NCBI GenBank assembly: GCA_050273025.1
Contig: CP158635.1
Location: forward strand, 9,486,001 to 9,550,000
DNA from: Cenococcum geophilum
Lineage: Eukaryota
DNA length: 64,000 bases
Direction: 5' to 3'
The notes below the pieces were generated by a model. That model made no database searches, was not told the origin of the DNA, and worked only from the letters and a program-made list of their open reading frames with translations. Positions 25,220 through 37,152 of this stretch are shown here, in pieces. Both the position numbers and the translations under genes were made by a program. Within the stretch, counting starts at the first letter, position 1. Each line of letters starts with the position of its first letter.

Positions 25220-27261
25220 ATGGATATCACCAGCTTCGTCGCCACACAGAGAGACTCAGCACTGTTGCTAGGGGACTACAGTACCTATCGCAGTCAGCTA
25301 TCTCGTCGACTGCTCAGTGTTCGGAAAAGCCTTGGACAGACAACTCCAAAAACCGCCAAATATGCTCCAAAGGCACCAATCACCTCAAAAGATATAGGGC
25401 GAAACCATGCGTATTATCCCCGACCACCAAAGTACTCTTTCTATCGTCATTAACGAAGTATTAGATTTCTCCACCTTCAGCTCCTTACGGCGGAGCGGGC
25501 ATGGGCCCACGCTATGCACATGAAAGCATCGCACTCTGAAGACAACGCGAACAAAAGTATTACGGGTTCTACTCGTCGTCACATTGTATCTCGGTTGAAT
25601 AAGGCAGCAAAGTATGCAAAAGAACTAGTTGAACTTCTGTCAGACAAGTCTGCCTGCGCAAGTGATACGGATCTGCTAGAGGCAAAAGCATACGCATATT
25701 CTTTGACTGGAGCTGAAGAGTTCGAAAAACAATCGGAGGGAATCAAGAATGCCAATGGGTCACCTCAAAGATGGATAAAATGCTTGACCTTCTACTCCGC
25801 TGCCCGAGTGATCTATAATTCATTGTTGACAGCTACTAAGAAAGACCTGTTTAAAGAAATGCTGGCAAGCACGATCGATCCAAGCATAAGATACGCAGCG
25901 TATCAACATCGTCTTCCGCGGACAGTCGCTGTGTCGGCTGTGGCGAAGAGATTCTTCCCGAAGAAGGATTCCGAGCTGGTCGAGGCTATCGAAAAGTTGG
26001 ACCCTGATGCTCTTGTGCTTGAGGAGCCCAGCCACCAAGGTTTGTATTGGGTTGTTCTAGCTTCTTGCTCGGTATCATTTACTAACTTAAACCAGGAGCA
26101 ACATCATCTGACCGTTCCAATGTCCCTAACACCATCATATGGCGTAACCGCACCGCTAACATCGTCGATGCTGCTATCGGCCAAGCCCTCGCTTCCGTCA
26201 ATGCCGCTTCATTCCAGCTTTCAGCATATTTATCATCATGCACTCCTTCCACTCAGACAAAGGAGAAAGCTGCTGCGTACGATGATGTTCTCATCGCGAG
26301 TCAGGATGCCGTAGATGCAACCCGCCGCGCCATCGATGAACTTGAAAAAGAAGGTGTGGATGAGGGTGACGCTCGCATGCAAGATCTCCGAGTGACTGGC
26401 CTAGCATTTAATTACGGCCTAATCGGATGGCGAGTGGGCCGCAATCGCGTTCTAATTGGATCTGACGATGGGGTGGCGTTTTCTTCGCTACCACAGCAAA
26501 AACCACGGCGACAGCGCAAAGACGGAAAAGAGTGGGCCGAGCGTGAGGAGCCGGCGGGGAAGAAATTGGCAAGATTGCGAGAACGTGTCGCATTGTATAA
26601 CGCAACGCTGCAAAGCATTGATTCAATCAAAGAACTTAGGGGAGCTGTTCGGGATACAGGTTTCGTTGCGGAGCTTGACGGGCAGCGTGCCTACTTCCAA
26701 GCGCTGAAATGCTTGAATATCTCACACTCTCATGCTATCCTCTCCGCTCCTGAGCGTGCGCTCGCACTATGCAACCGCGCTTTGCCCCTCTCTGCGCAGG
26801 CATTATCTTCACCATCTACGTCCTCCCTAGGTCCTTCCGATCCACTAAAGCTCGCCGTCACCAAGGAGCAAGCCAAATCCTTAAATATGCATCTCCAAAA
26901 CTTAACCTCTCACTACCGCGGACTCGTCGCCCTCTCACAGCTATCCGCTAACTCCGCTATTGCATCCAAAGCGCATTTGGCTAGCGGCGTTCCAATTGTA
27001 GAGAGACTTGAAGAATACCCACCTTCTGGAAAAGTAGATCTATACAACTTAGTCACTTGGCCACCAAAACTAAAACCTGTCCCGGTGAAGCCGCTTTTCT
27101 TCGACGTGGCCTGGAATTATATCGAATATCCGGGACGCGCTAAGCGGGCTGTTGAGAGCAATGCGAAGGATTTGGATGACGGGGGGTTGGAGAAGCAGCT
27201 AGAGAAAGGAACTGAGGAGCAGAAGCCAGCAAAGAAGGGTTGGTCCTTTTTCGGGAGGTAG
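25220..27261 (+). CDS. SRP68: Signal recognition particle subunit SRP68 (exons 25220-25410, 25465-26039, 26096-27261)
   Basis: GDYSTYRSQLSRRL, LLTAERAWAHAMHMK, IDPSIRYAAYQ, and C-terminal PVPVKPLFFDVAWNYIEYP...KKGWSFFGR. Two GT-AG introns restore the frame. Confidence 0.92.
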
Positions 27262-28588
27262 CGAAAGTGGGTTTAGCTATTCTTTCAGGCCATTTACCGC
27301 CTGGGGTTAGTCACATCTAAGTACAGACAAAACTCTTTATTACGATAACGGGTATATAACGATATATTTTGTATTACGATCTGAACGCCCTGGGAAGGGG
27401 GTATATCTGGCCCGTGAGGAGGACAATCTATACCCTTTAGGCTTTAAGATCCGCTTTTATTGGGTTTTTACTGCTTATTCATGCTACACGTGACTCTTAA
27501 TACAACAATTACGATACATTCGGCGCCAAACCAGCTTTGCCTGTATTCTCAATTGGCAGACGATGACATTTTATGACGAACCTATCACAGAGTCCACCCC
27601 TTGCTACATTGCATTGCATTGCATTGCATATACGAATCAACTTAGATTTTAGTCGCAATTAGAGGTTGAGAGCAATGCTCCTTGAGATTTATGAACACCA
27701 AATGAAGGTGACATAACATGTTCCAACTATCGATAGCGGTGTCGTGCTCACGAGCATTCGTGTAATGTAGAAATGTCTCGAATAACTCGACACAGGGAAG
27801 AAATAGCTAAAGTATGGCCTTTGGGGCCGTTTTCTGGGGTTAGCGTAGTGGCTCGTGATCGAATTCCCCTGAGCGGCTCCAAGCCATCGATAGGCGCCCT
27901 GGCGTTGGCGCTTTCGGAGATAGCTTTGGACCAAATGGGTACCATTCGGCCTTCATAAGATGAACGTCCATCAGCCCTGTGTCCGGGCGGTGAGGCATTT
28001 CAGCTGGGATGCACAGGAGGCTGACCGGATGTTTCAATTGTTTACTGTCCGCCCGAGCATCGAGGAATGGAGCACGGCATTATGAGCGGTGGTAATAGGC
28101 TCTCTGTGCAACATCAAAACAGGGTTTGAAAGAAGCCTGTAGAGAGTAGGCAGTCGGTCTTGAGAAATGCAGAGGACCACGGACTAAATTAGAATAAATT
28201 AAGCTTGGTGAGCGGCGATAGTACCTAGGTATTAACGATCACCCCTGGCATACCCCCCCTTATCCCACACGCTGGCGGACGCGAAAAAGTACCTGGTACC
28301 TGCTTCAACCGACTCGCAAGCCTCTCGACAGACACGCTCTTTCAGTCCCTTCTTGCAACTGATCCGTCCGTTACTCGTCGCTCTTTACCAACAGTCACTC
28401 TTTCTGCCAACAAATCGCTCATTTCGCAAACTATCTGCATCATTACCGTACCGGGTCATACGCAATACTTGCCGCGCAGAGCCCAGCTTGATCCCTCGAA
28501 TCTCGATCGGAACAGCTCCAGCAACAAGTTTAAACCTATCTAATTGAGAGAGGAACGCATCCACGGCGTTTCTCCGCCCGAATTCATC

Positions 28589-28923
28589 ACGGCTTCAGCT
28601 CTGGCGACGTCTTTGCTCCCACGGCCCTCGGCCCTTGACTCTTTTCGCCCTCCCTCAGTCCTCCAGGTCCTTGACCTGCCTTCCTTCACCACGGCTCAAT
28701 CAATTGACGAACGGCTTTCTCTACCTTCCATCGGCCACGACATATCACGGCCTTCGTCCACTTCTACACAGTCCTCTTCGGTTCATCCACACAGCCTACA
28801 GCGTCACGGCAGCAATTCGTCTCTACAATTACCAGGATTATCGGCTTTGGCTTCGATAGCCTCGTCCAGTCCTGCCGCAAGTAATAGTCCGAATAATAGC
28901 CATCATAATAATACTCCTAATAG
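28589..28923 (+). CDS. Putative upstream non-AUG-initiated coding exon of areB
   Basis: Stop-free frame 28544-28923 with no ATG. Donor GTGAGT at 28924 and acceptor CAG at 29109-29111 (CTGAC branch) splice it in frame to ATG 29134. Candidate starts are ACG 28589 and CTG 28601. Confidence 0.6.
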
Positions 28924-29133
28924 GTGAGTGTTTTGTGTCTTGGAATTAGGCGTGATGGGAATGGACGGTTTGGGCACTTGGATTTGGAGGCTGCGTGAAT
29001 GGTCTCATCGGCCACCGTACGAGAAGCTGGATTCTGCGCAGCGTTATCGAGATCCCCCCAAATCTCTTGCCTCTTTTGCGACACTCGACCTGACACGTAT
29101 CTCTCTAGCAGACCGTTAAATTTCAATGCCGGC

Positions 29134-30225
29134 ATGACTTATGCGACATCAGCCCCCGCGACATCCGGCGGGCAGGGCAACTCTCCTGTAAGTTTTGCTT
29201 CCTGTGCTTGAGTCGTACACCCGCGATCATCAGGGTCGCGAAGAAATCTCTGTTCCCTTATCCTTATCGCGATCACCACAATCGATATGATACATTTCCA
29301 TCACAATCTTTAATCGACTGCGTCTAACAATTGTGTTTGGCATCAAACGTAGCCCGTTTGCCAGAATTGTACCACAAGCACGACTCCACTCTGGCGTCGC
29401 GATGAGTCGGGTTCCGTTCTTTGCAATGCCTGCGGGCTCTTCCTGAAGCTGCACGGCCGGCCGCGACCCATCAGCCTCAAAACAGATGTCATCAAAAGCC
29501 GCAATCGCGTCAAGACAACTGGTCAAGGACCTCGAAAGAAGGTACTACTCTACTTATTCCCATCACCGCCCATTCAATAGCTAAACCCTATTGCGCAGCC
29601 CTCATCAGACGCAAATGGTCTCCCAGCAGCCCACCCAGACGCCGATGCAACACTGTCTGCTCTAACACAGCACCGTCGAACGTCGCAGAAGATTTCCTCC
29701 GGCACGTCTGACAGGTCAAACTCCCCCATCTCACGCACCGGCACGCCAGGTCTGCAGCATCCATCCAACATCGCGCCGCAGCATATGTTCGACGGTGTCA
29801 TCGACAGCCACACCTTCCATTCTCCATCGTTGCCGTCTTTCAACCTACGGCAACCCTCACCAGGTTCAACTTCCTCGGTCAATGGCTCACACCTCGAACC
29901 ACCACTTCCTTATGATGCGCTACTAGCTCAGAACACGCAGCTGAAAACTCGCGTTAGCGAGCTTGAAGTCATCAATGATCTCTTCCGTGGACGCGTCACG
30001 GAGCTCGAACACAGCGAACAAAACGCGCGAAGAGCATCTCGGGAAACAGAGGCTCATCTGCGGGCTGACCTAGAGGAAGTCAGGCAAAGGGAGGCCGATC
30101 TAAAGAGGAGACTTGATGAGCTGGAAGCTGAGGGGCCACGACACAAAAAGATGCGATTGAGTGACATTGTGGATGAGAGCCAGGCAAGCACGCCACTAAG
30201 CTCTACGGCAGAGCATTCGGGATGA
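29134..30225 (+). CDS. areB: GATA zinc-finger/leucine-zipper transcription factor AreB/Asd4-like (AUG isoform exons 29134-29187, 29353-29541, 29599-30225)
   Basis: [50 protein letters not shown] plus the C-terminal zipper [23 protein letters not shown]. Canonical introns. Confidence 0.9.
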
Positions 30226-31536
30226 AATAGGCTCGCTTCTCCGTCTGCTCTACTTTCCTTTTTGGGTCTATTTAATGATAACATTCATGCTCGTTGCTGA
30301 ACAGGTTTTCCTACTCTTCATTCCTCCAACATCTAGTCTAACGGCTTGTCTTGCTCCTGTTCCAATACCGCTAGTCGTCGGTATGTGGAGTTGCTTACTC
30401 TTTCAATCCTCCTGTTCCACTCTATCTCATTTACTCTACACCCTCGCTACATCACGCTCTCTAGACACAGCGTCAACGCACCAAAAAATCTCTTCACCTC
30501 CCAAACAGATTCTCGTACACATACATCCTAATGTCTGGTCTCGGCCGCCGCTCGCGAGTATGTACTCTAATTAACTTTTCTTATCTGTCTGTCGTTTTGT
30601 TGGTCCGGAGCAAGGGGGAGTTGCGCTATAACCATGGTCTTACCTTCGTCCATGATGGGTGGTCGGTTCGGGAATCGAGATACCAAGTCGAACGGGCGGA
30701 TAAGTATGGTTGTGTGGGTGGACACGTCACCAAAAGTCTTTATAAGGGTAGTCGGTTGCAATGGGAAGTGGAAACACGGAACTATACTCGCCCTCGCCCG
30801 CTTGCTGTGACCTTTCCGCCTTCACCCACAACCTTGAAGACTAAGCGACCGATGCACTTGTGGCGTTCTGCAGCGCCATGTGTCCTGCTGAGGTCCGGAA
30901 CGACCTGATTGATCACGCCTTCAGTGCTTCGGCGCCCCATCCACAACATCCAACGCTGCAACCCTAAGCATATCCGCCACTCGCTCAAATGCATCCCGGG
31001 CTCTAGTCAACCGTTTCTTGCTGATCTCCGCCCCCGTCTAGCCACGAGGGTGTCCTTCGTCTTCGTCTTCCCCTTCCTCTACAGCACCGCCGGGGGTAGA
31101 GCCGAGCGTGAGGAGCTGTGGCCGCGGGTTTCCGTGCGGAGGTCAAGTGCCGCACGAGTTTGTGCGTGAAATTATCTCATAAATCAGACGCTCCATAGTA
31201 GAATTTGATAATTTGGTTACGAGGCGAGAACATGTACATACTGCTCCGTATATCTCCAAGTTTAATAATAAAGCGTCTGAGAGCTCACGGGCCTTGGTTT
31301 AATAGTAACTAAATATTTTAAACCCTATTTTTTTATCACTTTTTATAAACTATCCCTTCCCACTGGCTTCTACTACTTGGTGCCAAGCCTGTGAACATTA
31401 GTATCAACACCAAGCTCTTAGTCGAACGAGAGTCTGTAAATTAGCTAAACCCTTATCGATATGCTTGGGCGTAAACCAGCGTGGGGAGGGATAGCCTAAT
31501 TATAATAGGTATATTTAAAATTTTATACTAATAGCT

Positions 31537-31723
31537 TGTCACGGCACTGACCTGACACGTTGTTATGATTCAGTGTTGTCATGACACGAGCACGGACCTG
31601 ACCCCTGAGCGACGTGTATATATACCACCTCACCTCCTACATAGATCCTCACACGACATCGTTTGTCAATCATATACAGTCACCTCGTACATCGTACCTT
31701 GACAGTCCGCACGTACTGTGACA
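31537..31723. mobile_element. 187-bp solo LTR, unRIPed
   Basis: TGTCAC...GTGACA inverted ends and perfect 5-bp TSD TAGCT (31532-31536, 31724-31728). Confidence 0.9.
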
Positions 31724-31729
31724 TAGCTC

Positions 31730-32240
31730 TTATTGTTATTTAACTATAGGTGGTTTAAAAAGGTGTATTTTGCCAAATTTTGGTAAGGAAAAGCGTGCAC
31801 AAGCCGGTTACGTATATAAGCCGCTTGGTCACGTTACAAGACGCTATAAAAAAAGGCAAAGGAGGCCTCTTAGTAGTCTACACAGGCAGATAAGGAAGCA
31901 GATAATGAGGAAGTAGATAAAATAGACGACAAGATAAGCGGATTAAGTAATGATAAGGTGTTGGATATAGATAAGGATATTAATATAGGCGACGTTATAG
32001 TGTTAATTGAGTAGCAATTAGTGCTAAAAACACTAAAAAATATTAATATAGAGCCTCTATTGTCTAAAAATAAAGCTTTATAAAACCTCAGTATAGTATA
32101 ATACCGTGCGATGCTTTTTACAAGTGTTTTTCCTACAATTGGGCATTTGGCAGTATTTTGGTGTTCCGTAAGCCTAGTTAGGAAGGCGGTAGTAGCCGAC
32201 CGTCATAACCTTATCGCCGTCATAACTCTGTCACCCACGT
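31730..32240. mobile_element. Two nested pogo/Fot1-like termini (ACGT|TA at 31831-31836 and 32237-32242)
   Basis: Both ends finish in ACGT followed by TA and contain internal direct repeats. 31837-32240 is homologous to ~7695-8119. Confidence 0.6.
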
Positions 32241-32242
32241 TA

Positions 32243-34200
32243 CCCATCTTACCATTGGGAACAATTGATTTTCCAACTTTTAAGACCTAATTCCTGCTGC
32301 CTAGCGAGCTAGAGGTGGATTTATTTGTCGTTTTACCCCCTTTCCCCCAACAGAAAATTCTTCTTAGGGGTGGTCCTAGCTTATAAGCAAGGCACGGATA
32401 GGAACACCAAAACCACTACTACCACTACCACTAATACCAAAACTATAAAATATAGACTTTTCCTAGGTTTTTCTTCTATAGAAAGCAAAAGCCTAATAAA
32501 ATAGGGGGCGTAGGTACTTTTCTATATCTCCTTTAGTCAGATTTTCTTTAGTAAGAGGAGGATTGCCTTTAGGGCTTTTCTGCTAGTAAAAGCCTTACAA
32601 GTCCTTTTTTTAGTAGTGTTTTCTACTTCTAATAGGAAAAGAAAATAACTATACTAGTCTTTTTAGCTAGTTTTTCTACTACCTTTTAGCCTAATCTCCC
32701 TAGAAATCTTCTAGTAGGATTAGTAAGGAGAAAGGGCGTAGATGGATAGTAAAAACTAGCAAGGCTTTTTGCCTAGTTTTTTACCTCTGGGACTAGGAGA
32801 TAAGAGACCTAAGGAGGTTATTATCTACTATAAAAACTAGGAACCCCCCTAATAAGATATAAAATGCCAAGGCCTAATAGGTCTAAAAAAAAACCTCCTA
32901 TAAATAAGTAATGAAGAGTCTATATTTACCTTTTCTCCCCCTTCTCCCCCTTCTGGCCTCTTTAGGATAGGAGAAAAAAGAGGACATCCTTAGTCTTCTC
33001 CCGAAAAAGAAAACCAAAAACCTGTAAAAAAGACAACAAAACTAATAACTACTACGGCTGGTACGCCTAGTATACCTTCCTATTCCCTTTCTTTAGAACA
33101 ATATCTAAGCGAGGCTCTAGATAGCCTAATTAAGGCCTATAAAGGGCTAGAAGACGAAGAAATAGTAAAAATAAGTTGGAAAGGTAGCGGAATATACACA
33201 AAGTATCCTATTAGGAGAAAATCCCTTTACATAAGAAAAAGAAAAAGAAAAGACAAACAATGTCCTAAAAGGACTAGTAGAAGAAGTAAGAGCTCTTTGT
33301 AAGGAGGTAGCTCCTATTAAAGAAACTTACGCAGAGAGGCTAAAGAAGGACCTCCCTTCTTCGTCCTCCCTACCCTCCTTATTACTACCTTTTACCCCTT
33401 CTTCTTCTAGTAGGAGTTCTACTTCTACTAGAAGTAAGAAAAAGCAACTATAAGAAAGGAAGCTAGTCTTAATTACAAACGAAAAGGACTAACCTTTAGA
33501 TACCTTCTCTATACGAAACAAAGTTAATCAACTATTTGCTTCAAAACTGCAAGTAAAAAAGCTAGTACTAGCGTCTATAGCTAGAACTAAAGGAAAACAA
33601 AATATTCTTCTTATGACTACAGAAGAGTATAATATAGATTTCCTAGTCAAATATAAGGATATCTAGTATAACTACTTTACCTTCTAAAGAGAACAAAACT
33701 TAGAACCCTAGGTTTAAATTATAGCCTATAGGGTTCCTACCCTACCTTTTCTAAAAGAGGGAGGCTTTAAGCTTCTAAAAGAAGAAACTGAGACCTTTAA
33801 TCCTATAGGGATATAAGGACTACCTAGATAGATCTTAACTAGTGTAAAAAGACACGATTTACAAACCAGATTTGGCTCTATAGTTTTTACTATAGAAAAC
33901 GAGGAAAAAGATAAGAAATCCTTAAGTAAAAAGAGATTTTAATCGCAGGTATAGCTACTAAGGTAGTAAAATACCTCGAAGTCTCTTTTACTACGCAGTA
34001 CACTAGCTGCCAAAAATTTGGCCATATAGGAGACAGATGCTCTACTAGGGCTTATAGATTTTATACGGCTATATATCTATCTAAAGACCACGCCTGTCCT
34101 ACTTGTATAATAATAGGCAAGCCTTGCAAGTATACTACCCCTCTTTGCATTAATTGTAAAGAAAACCACTTTACTAATAGTAAGGACTGCGAGACCCTTT
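32243..34200 (+). mobile_element. ORF1(gag)-type non-LTR retroelement, copy 1 (3'-truncated, 5' end interrupted by pogo)
   Basis: Reverse-complement homolog of ~49855-51503. RIP-broken ORF MPRPNRSKK... with CCHC knuckles at ~34000-34190. Confidence 0.8.
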
Positions 34201-36125
34201 TACTACCCCTTAGACCTTCTAAGATACCCTAGAAGTATAGTATAAAAGGTAGATATACTATAAAGGAATATAGGCTAGGTAAAGGCAGGGCACGTAAAAC
34301 TAGCTAAAAGGTTATACCTAGGTTTTTTATAACCGACTACGGTACCCTGCTAAACTACTACTGTTTTACCTATGTATTGCCTACGTATTGCTTACGTATT
34401 GCTTACATATCACTTATATATCACGTTGTATTAGTTACGTCTTAGTCTCCCCTTTTATTTATTTCTATACCTTCCTTATATATATATAGGCGCTTTAGAG
34501 CTACATATACAATTAAGTCGTTTATTTAATTCTTTACACTAATATTTAATATTAATCTTTTAGAAAGGAGCTCTTGCTACACCCGGCCCAAAAAGACCAA
34601 AACCAACCAAAAGAACCCTGAAAAACACCTAGAGAATCCCCCTGAGATGCATGCATCGCAGGGGAGGCACACGTCGAACGACGGTGGCTCGCACTCGCGC
34701 GCGACCGCTAGAACTATGCCCAGCAATGGCCCTCCATAATAAAGATAGGCGAATACCATACCATAAAGTGGAAATACCTCTATTAAGAAGGCATTTAATA
34801 AAATATAAAGCCTATTAGACGCGTTTAGTATCTAAAATTATAGGGGAGTAACCGTTAGCTATAATAAACTAATATAGCTAGTAGAATAACTCCGCTAGTC
34901 TAGTAAACCTTAGGCGCCCCTTTAGTAAACCCTTAATTAAATCCTCTAATAGCTAAGTAAAATTAAAAATAAGTATAATCCCCCCTTACCGGCGAACCGC
35001 ACCTAGGCCGCTATAGCTACGCTTTTATAGTATAGGGAACCTACCCCCCTTAAGTTAATAACCGGGTATATAATTATAATATAACTAAATATAGAATAAG
35101 TAGAGGGGCTTAGGGGATAATTAGAAATAGAAGTTCTTATAGAGATATATAAAGAGGTTTATAACGCTATTATAGTCCAATACCTTAAGAGTAGAGATAT
35201 TAGAGTTACCCTAAAGGACTAATAGGTAAAGGAATAAGCCGTAAGGGTAGGGGATAGGCTAGGAGAACGTATTAGCATAAAAGTACTCTATAAGAATTAC
35301 CTAGTTAAAGTCCTAGCGGTTCCTATAAGCCTTAAGGTAGAAAAGGGACGCTAGGTAGATAATATAGCAATTATATAAGAGATAGTAAGATAAATGGAAC
35401 GCCTTATACTAGGACTCGAAATCACCTAAATTTAATAGCTTTAACAGGAAAATATAAACTAAGCATATAATAAGAATAATAAGAGAATATAAGGGTTGCT
35501 AAAGACTCGCTAGGGAGACACCGGACGAACGTATGGCTCCCTTATTATTAGTATATATACACTAGGAATACAAAAACTCCTTATCTAAAAAGGAATAATT
35601 ATAAATAGCCTTATATATAATACAAGGCTCTACAACTATAGACTACGCCTAAAATAATACTATCGCTATATATAATGGGGACATACCTAATCTATATGCG
35701 CAGCATAGGTATACTACGGCCACTGTATAGGCCCCTACGATATAAGATATTACTTAAATTAAGACTAAATAAAATACGCGAACTGCTACTAAAGCATATA
35801 TAAGGCGTAGGAGAAAAAAGACTATATTAAATACAGGAGACAAAAGGCAAGGGCTTAATAGCTACGGGAATAACTACACGCTAGGTTATATAAATGGAAA
35901 TAATAGGCGATAAGCTAGGGGGACATAGGCGCCTTCTTAGCGTTTCCTACCTTTAATACTAGAGGGCTAGGCTAGCCATCCTAAGCCTTAACGGGCTAGA
36001 AGTAACGCCGTATAATATTACTAAACTAATTAGGGATATAAGGGTTATAGGGGATATAAGGGAGAGGACGCCCTATAGGAAGACCCCTATAAACAGTAAT
36101 AGCAGGCTTAAAACTAGGATAATTA

Positions 36126-37152
36126 GTAGTAGTAGTAGTTCTTTAATTAACGTCTGATACAGATCCTATCTTAGCCCACGCAGACTACTCCGTCACAGGG
36201 GGGAAAACTTGTAATTTACATGAAGAAAACCCTGCAGTTGGGGGAGGAAAAACCCTATAAGCAGCCTTAGTAGGATAAAAAACCCCAATTTGCCATATTT
36301 GCAAATAGCAGCGGCCCTACGGGCCTACTACACGTCCTCCTCCTTAGATGTTTTAAACTCCTTAGGAACCACTGCTTCCTTCTCTAGCTTATTAAAGCTA
36401 GGGTTTACTACGTCCCAGCTAGGCCTTACTAATCAATTGCTATATCTTATTGTCTCTTTATATCCCATATCTTGCCTATCCCCTATATACTATCTCTTAT
36501 ATAGACCACTGCCATATACGCCTTGCCTCCCCCCCCCTAAAGCCATCGAAGGCGTAAGGGGGATTTATCTATTCTAACTACCGTAATACTAATAAGCGAG
36601 CGGGATATTATGTATATTTAGGTATCTTTTATACCTAGGCCCTAGCTAGGCCCTCTCTAAGGGTTACTACTCCGTTAAAAGGAGATAGGGAAAACCGTAG
36701 GTCGCAATCCAAGCTGCTAGGTAGTATTTGGTAGTTGAAAACGGTAAGTAACTGCATGCTCCGCGGGCGACTGCCCTAGGGGTTAGGAGGGGCCGTATAT
36801 TTGCTCATTCGTTCGTTCGCTCGTACGCTTATTTATCTGTTAATATAAGGTCGTCAATGCTTTCCATTGGGGGCTAGGGGATGCTTTTAAAAGCTGTTTA
36901 TTCACGTTAGATTATATAGGTGCTTAGTAGGAGAACTAGTGGCTGTATTATAAAGGGGTACCGTTAGTAGTGGTTTTTGAGATCTCACTATCCTATATAA
37001 AAACTTTTCACTATGCCCCACGACGCACATAACCACTAGGTCCTACTTGCACGCGCTATATAACGTCTCTGCGTTAGCTCTGGGTCTAAACTTTAAAGAC
37101 CTAGGTTCGTAGCCGTCACCACGTATAGGTGCAGAATCCGTTTTCGACGGCC
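36126..37152 (-). mobile_element. Non-autonomous SINE/SIDE-like retroelement: HDV-like ribozyme + LINE-like 5' UTR + LINE-like 3' end + (ACT)n tail
   Basis: 14-bp TSD AACTAGGATAATTA (36112-36125, 37153-37166). The empty site is visible in LINE copy C at ~60715-60728. The 5' ~420 nt are homologous to 58705-59110, and the 3' end resembles 12028-12093. Confidence 0.9.
37067..37152 (-). ncRNA. HDV-like self-cleaving ribozyme (RIP-touched copy)
   Basis: Minus strand: GGCCGUC-gaaaacgga-UUCUGC-ACC-UAUACGU-GGU-GACGGCU-AC-P4(GGUCU/AGACC)-CUAAC-GCAGAG. G1 abuts the TSD. Confidence 0.75.

Noticed and set aside
27607..27629. (CATTG)n pentanucleotide run
   Set aside because: Simple short microsatellite with no further evidence of function.
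30275..31169. Short ORFs downstream of areB
   Set aside because: No recognisable domain or splice structure. Likely 3' UTR or intergenic.
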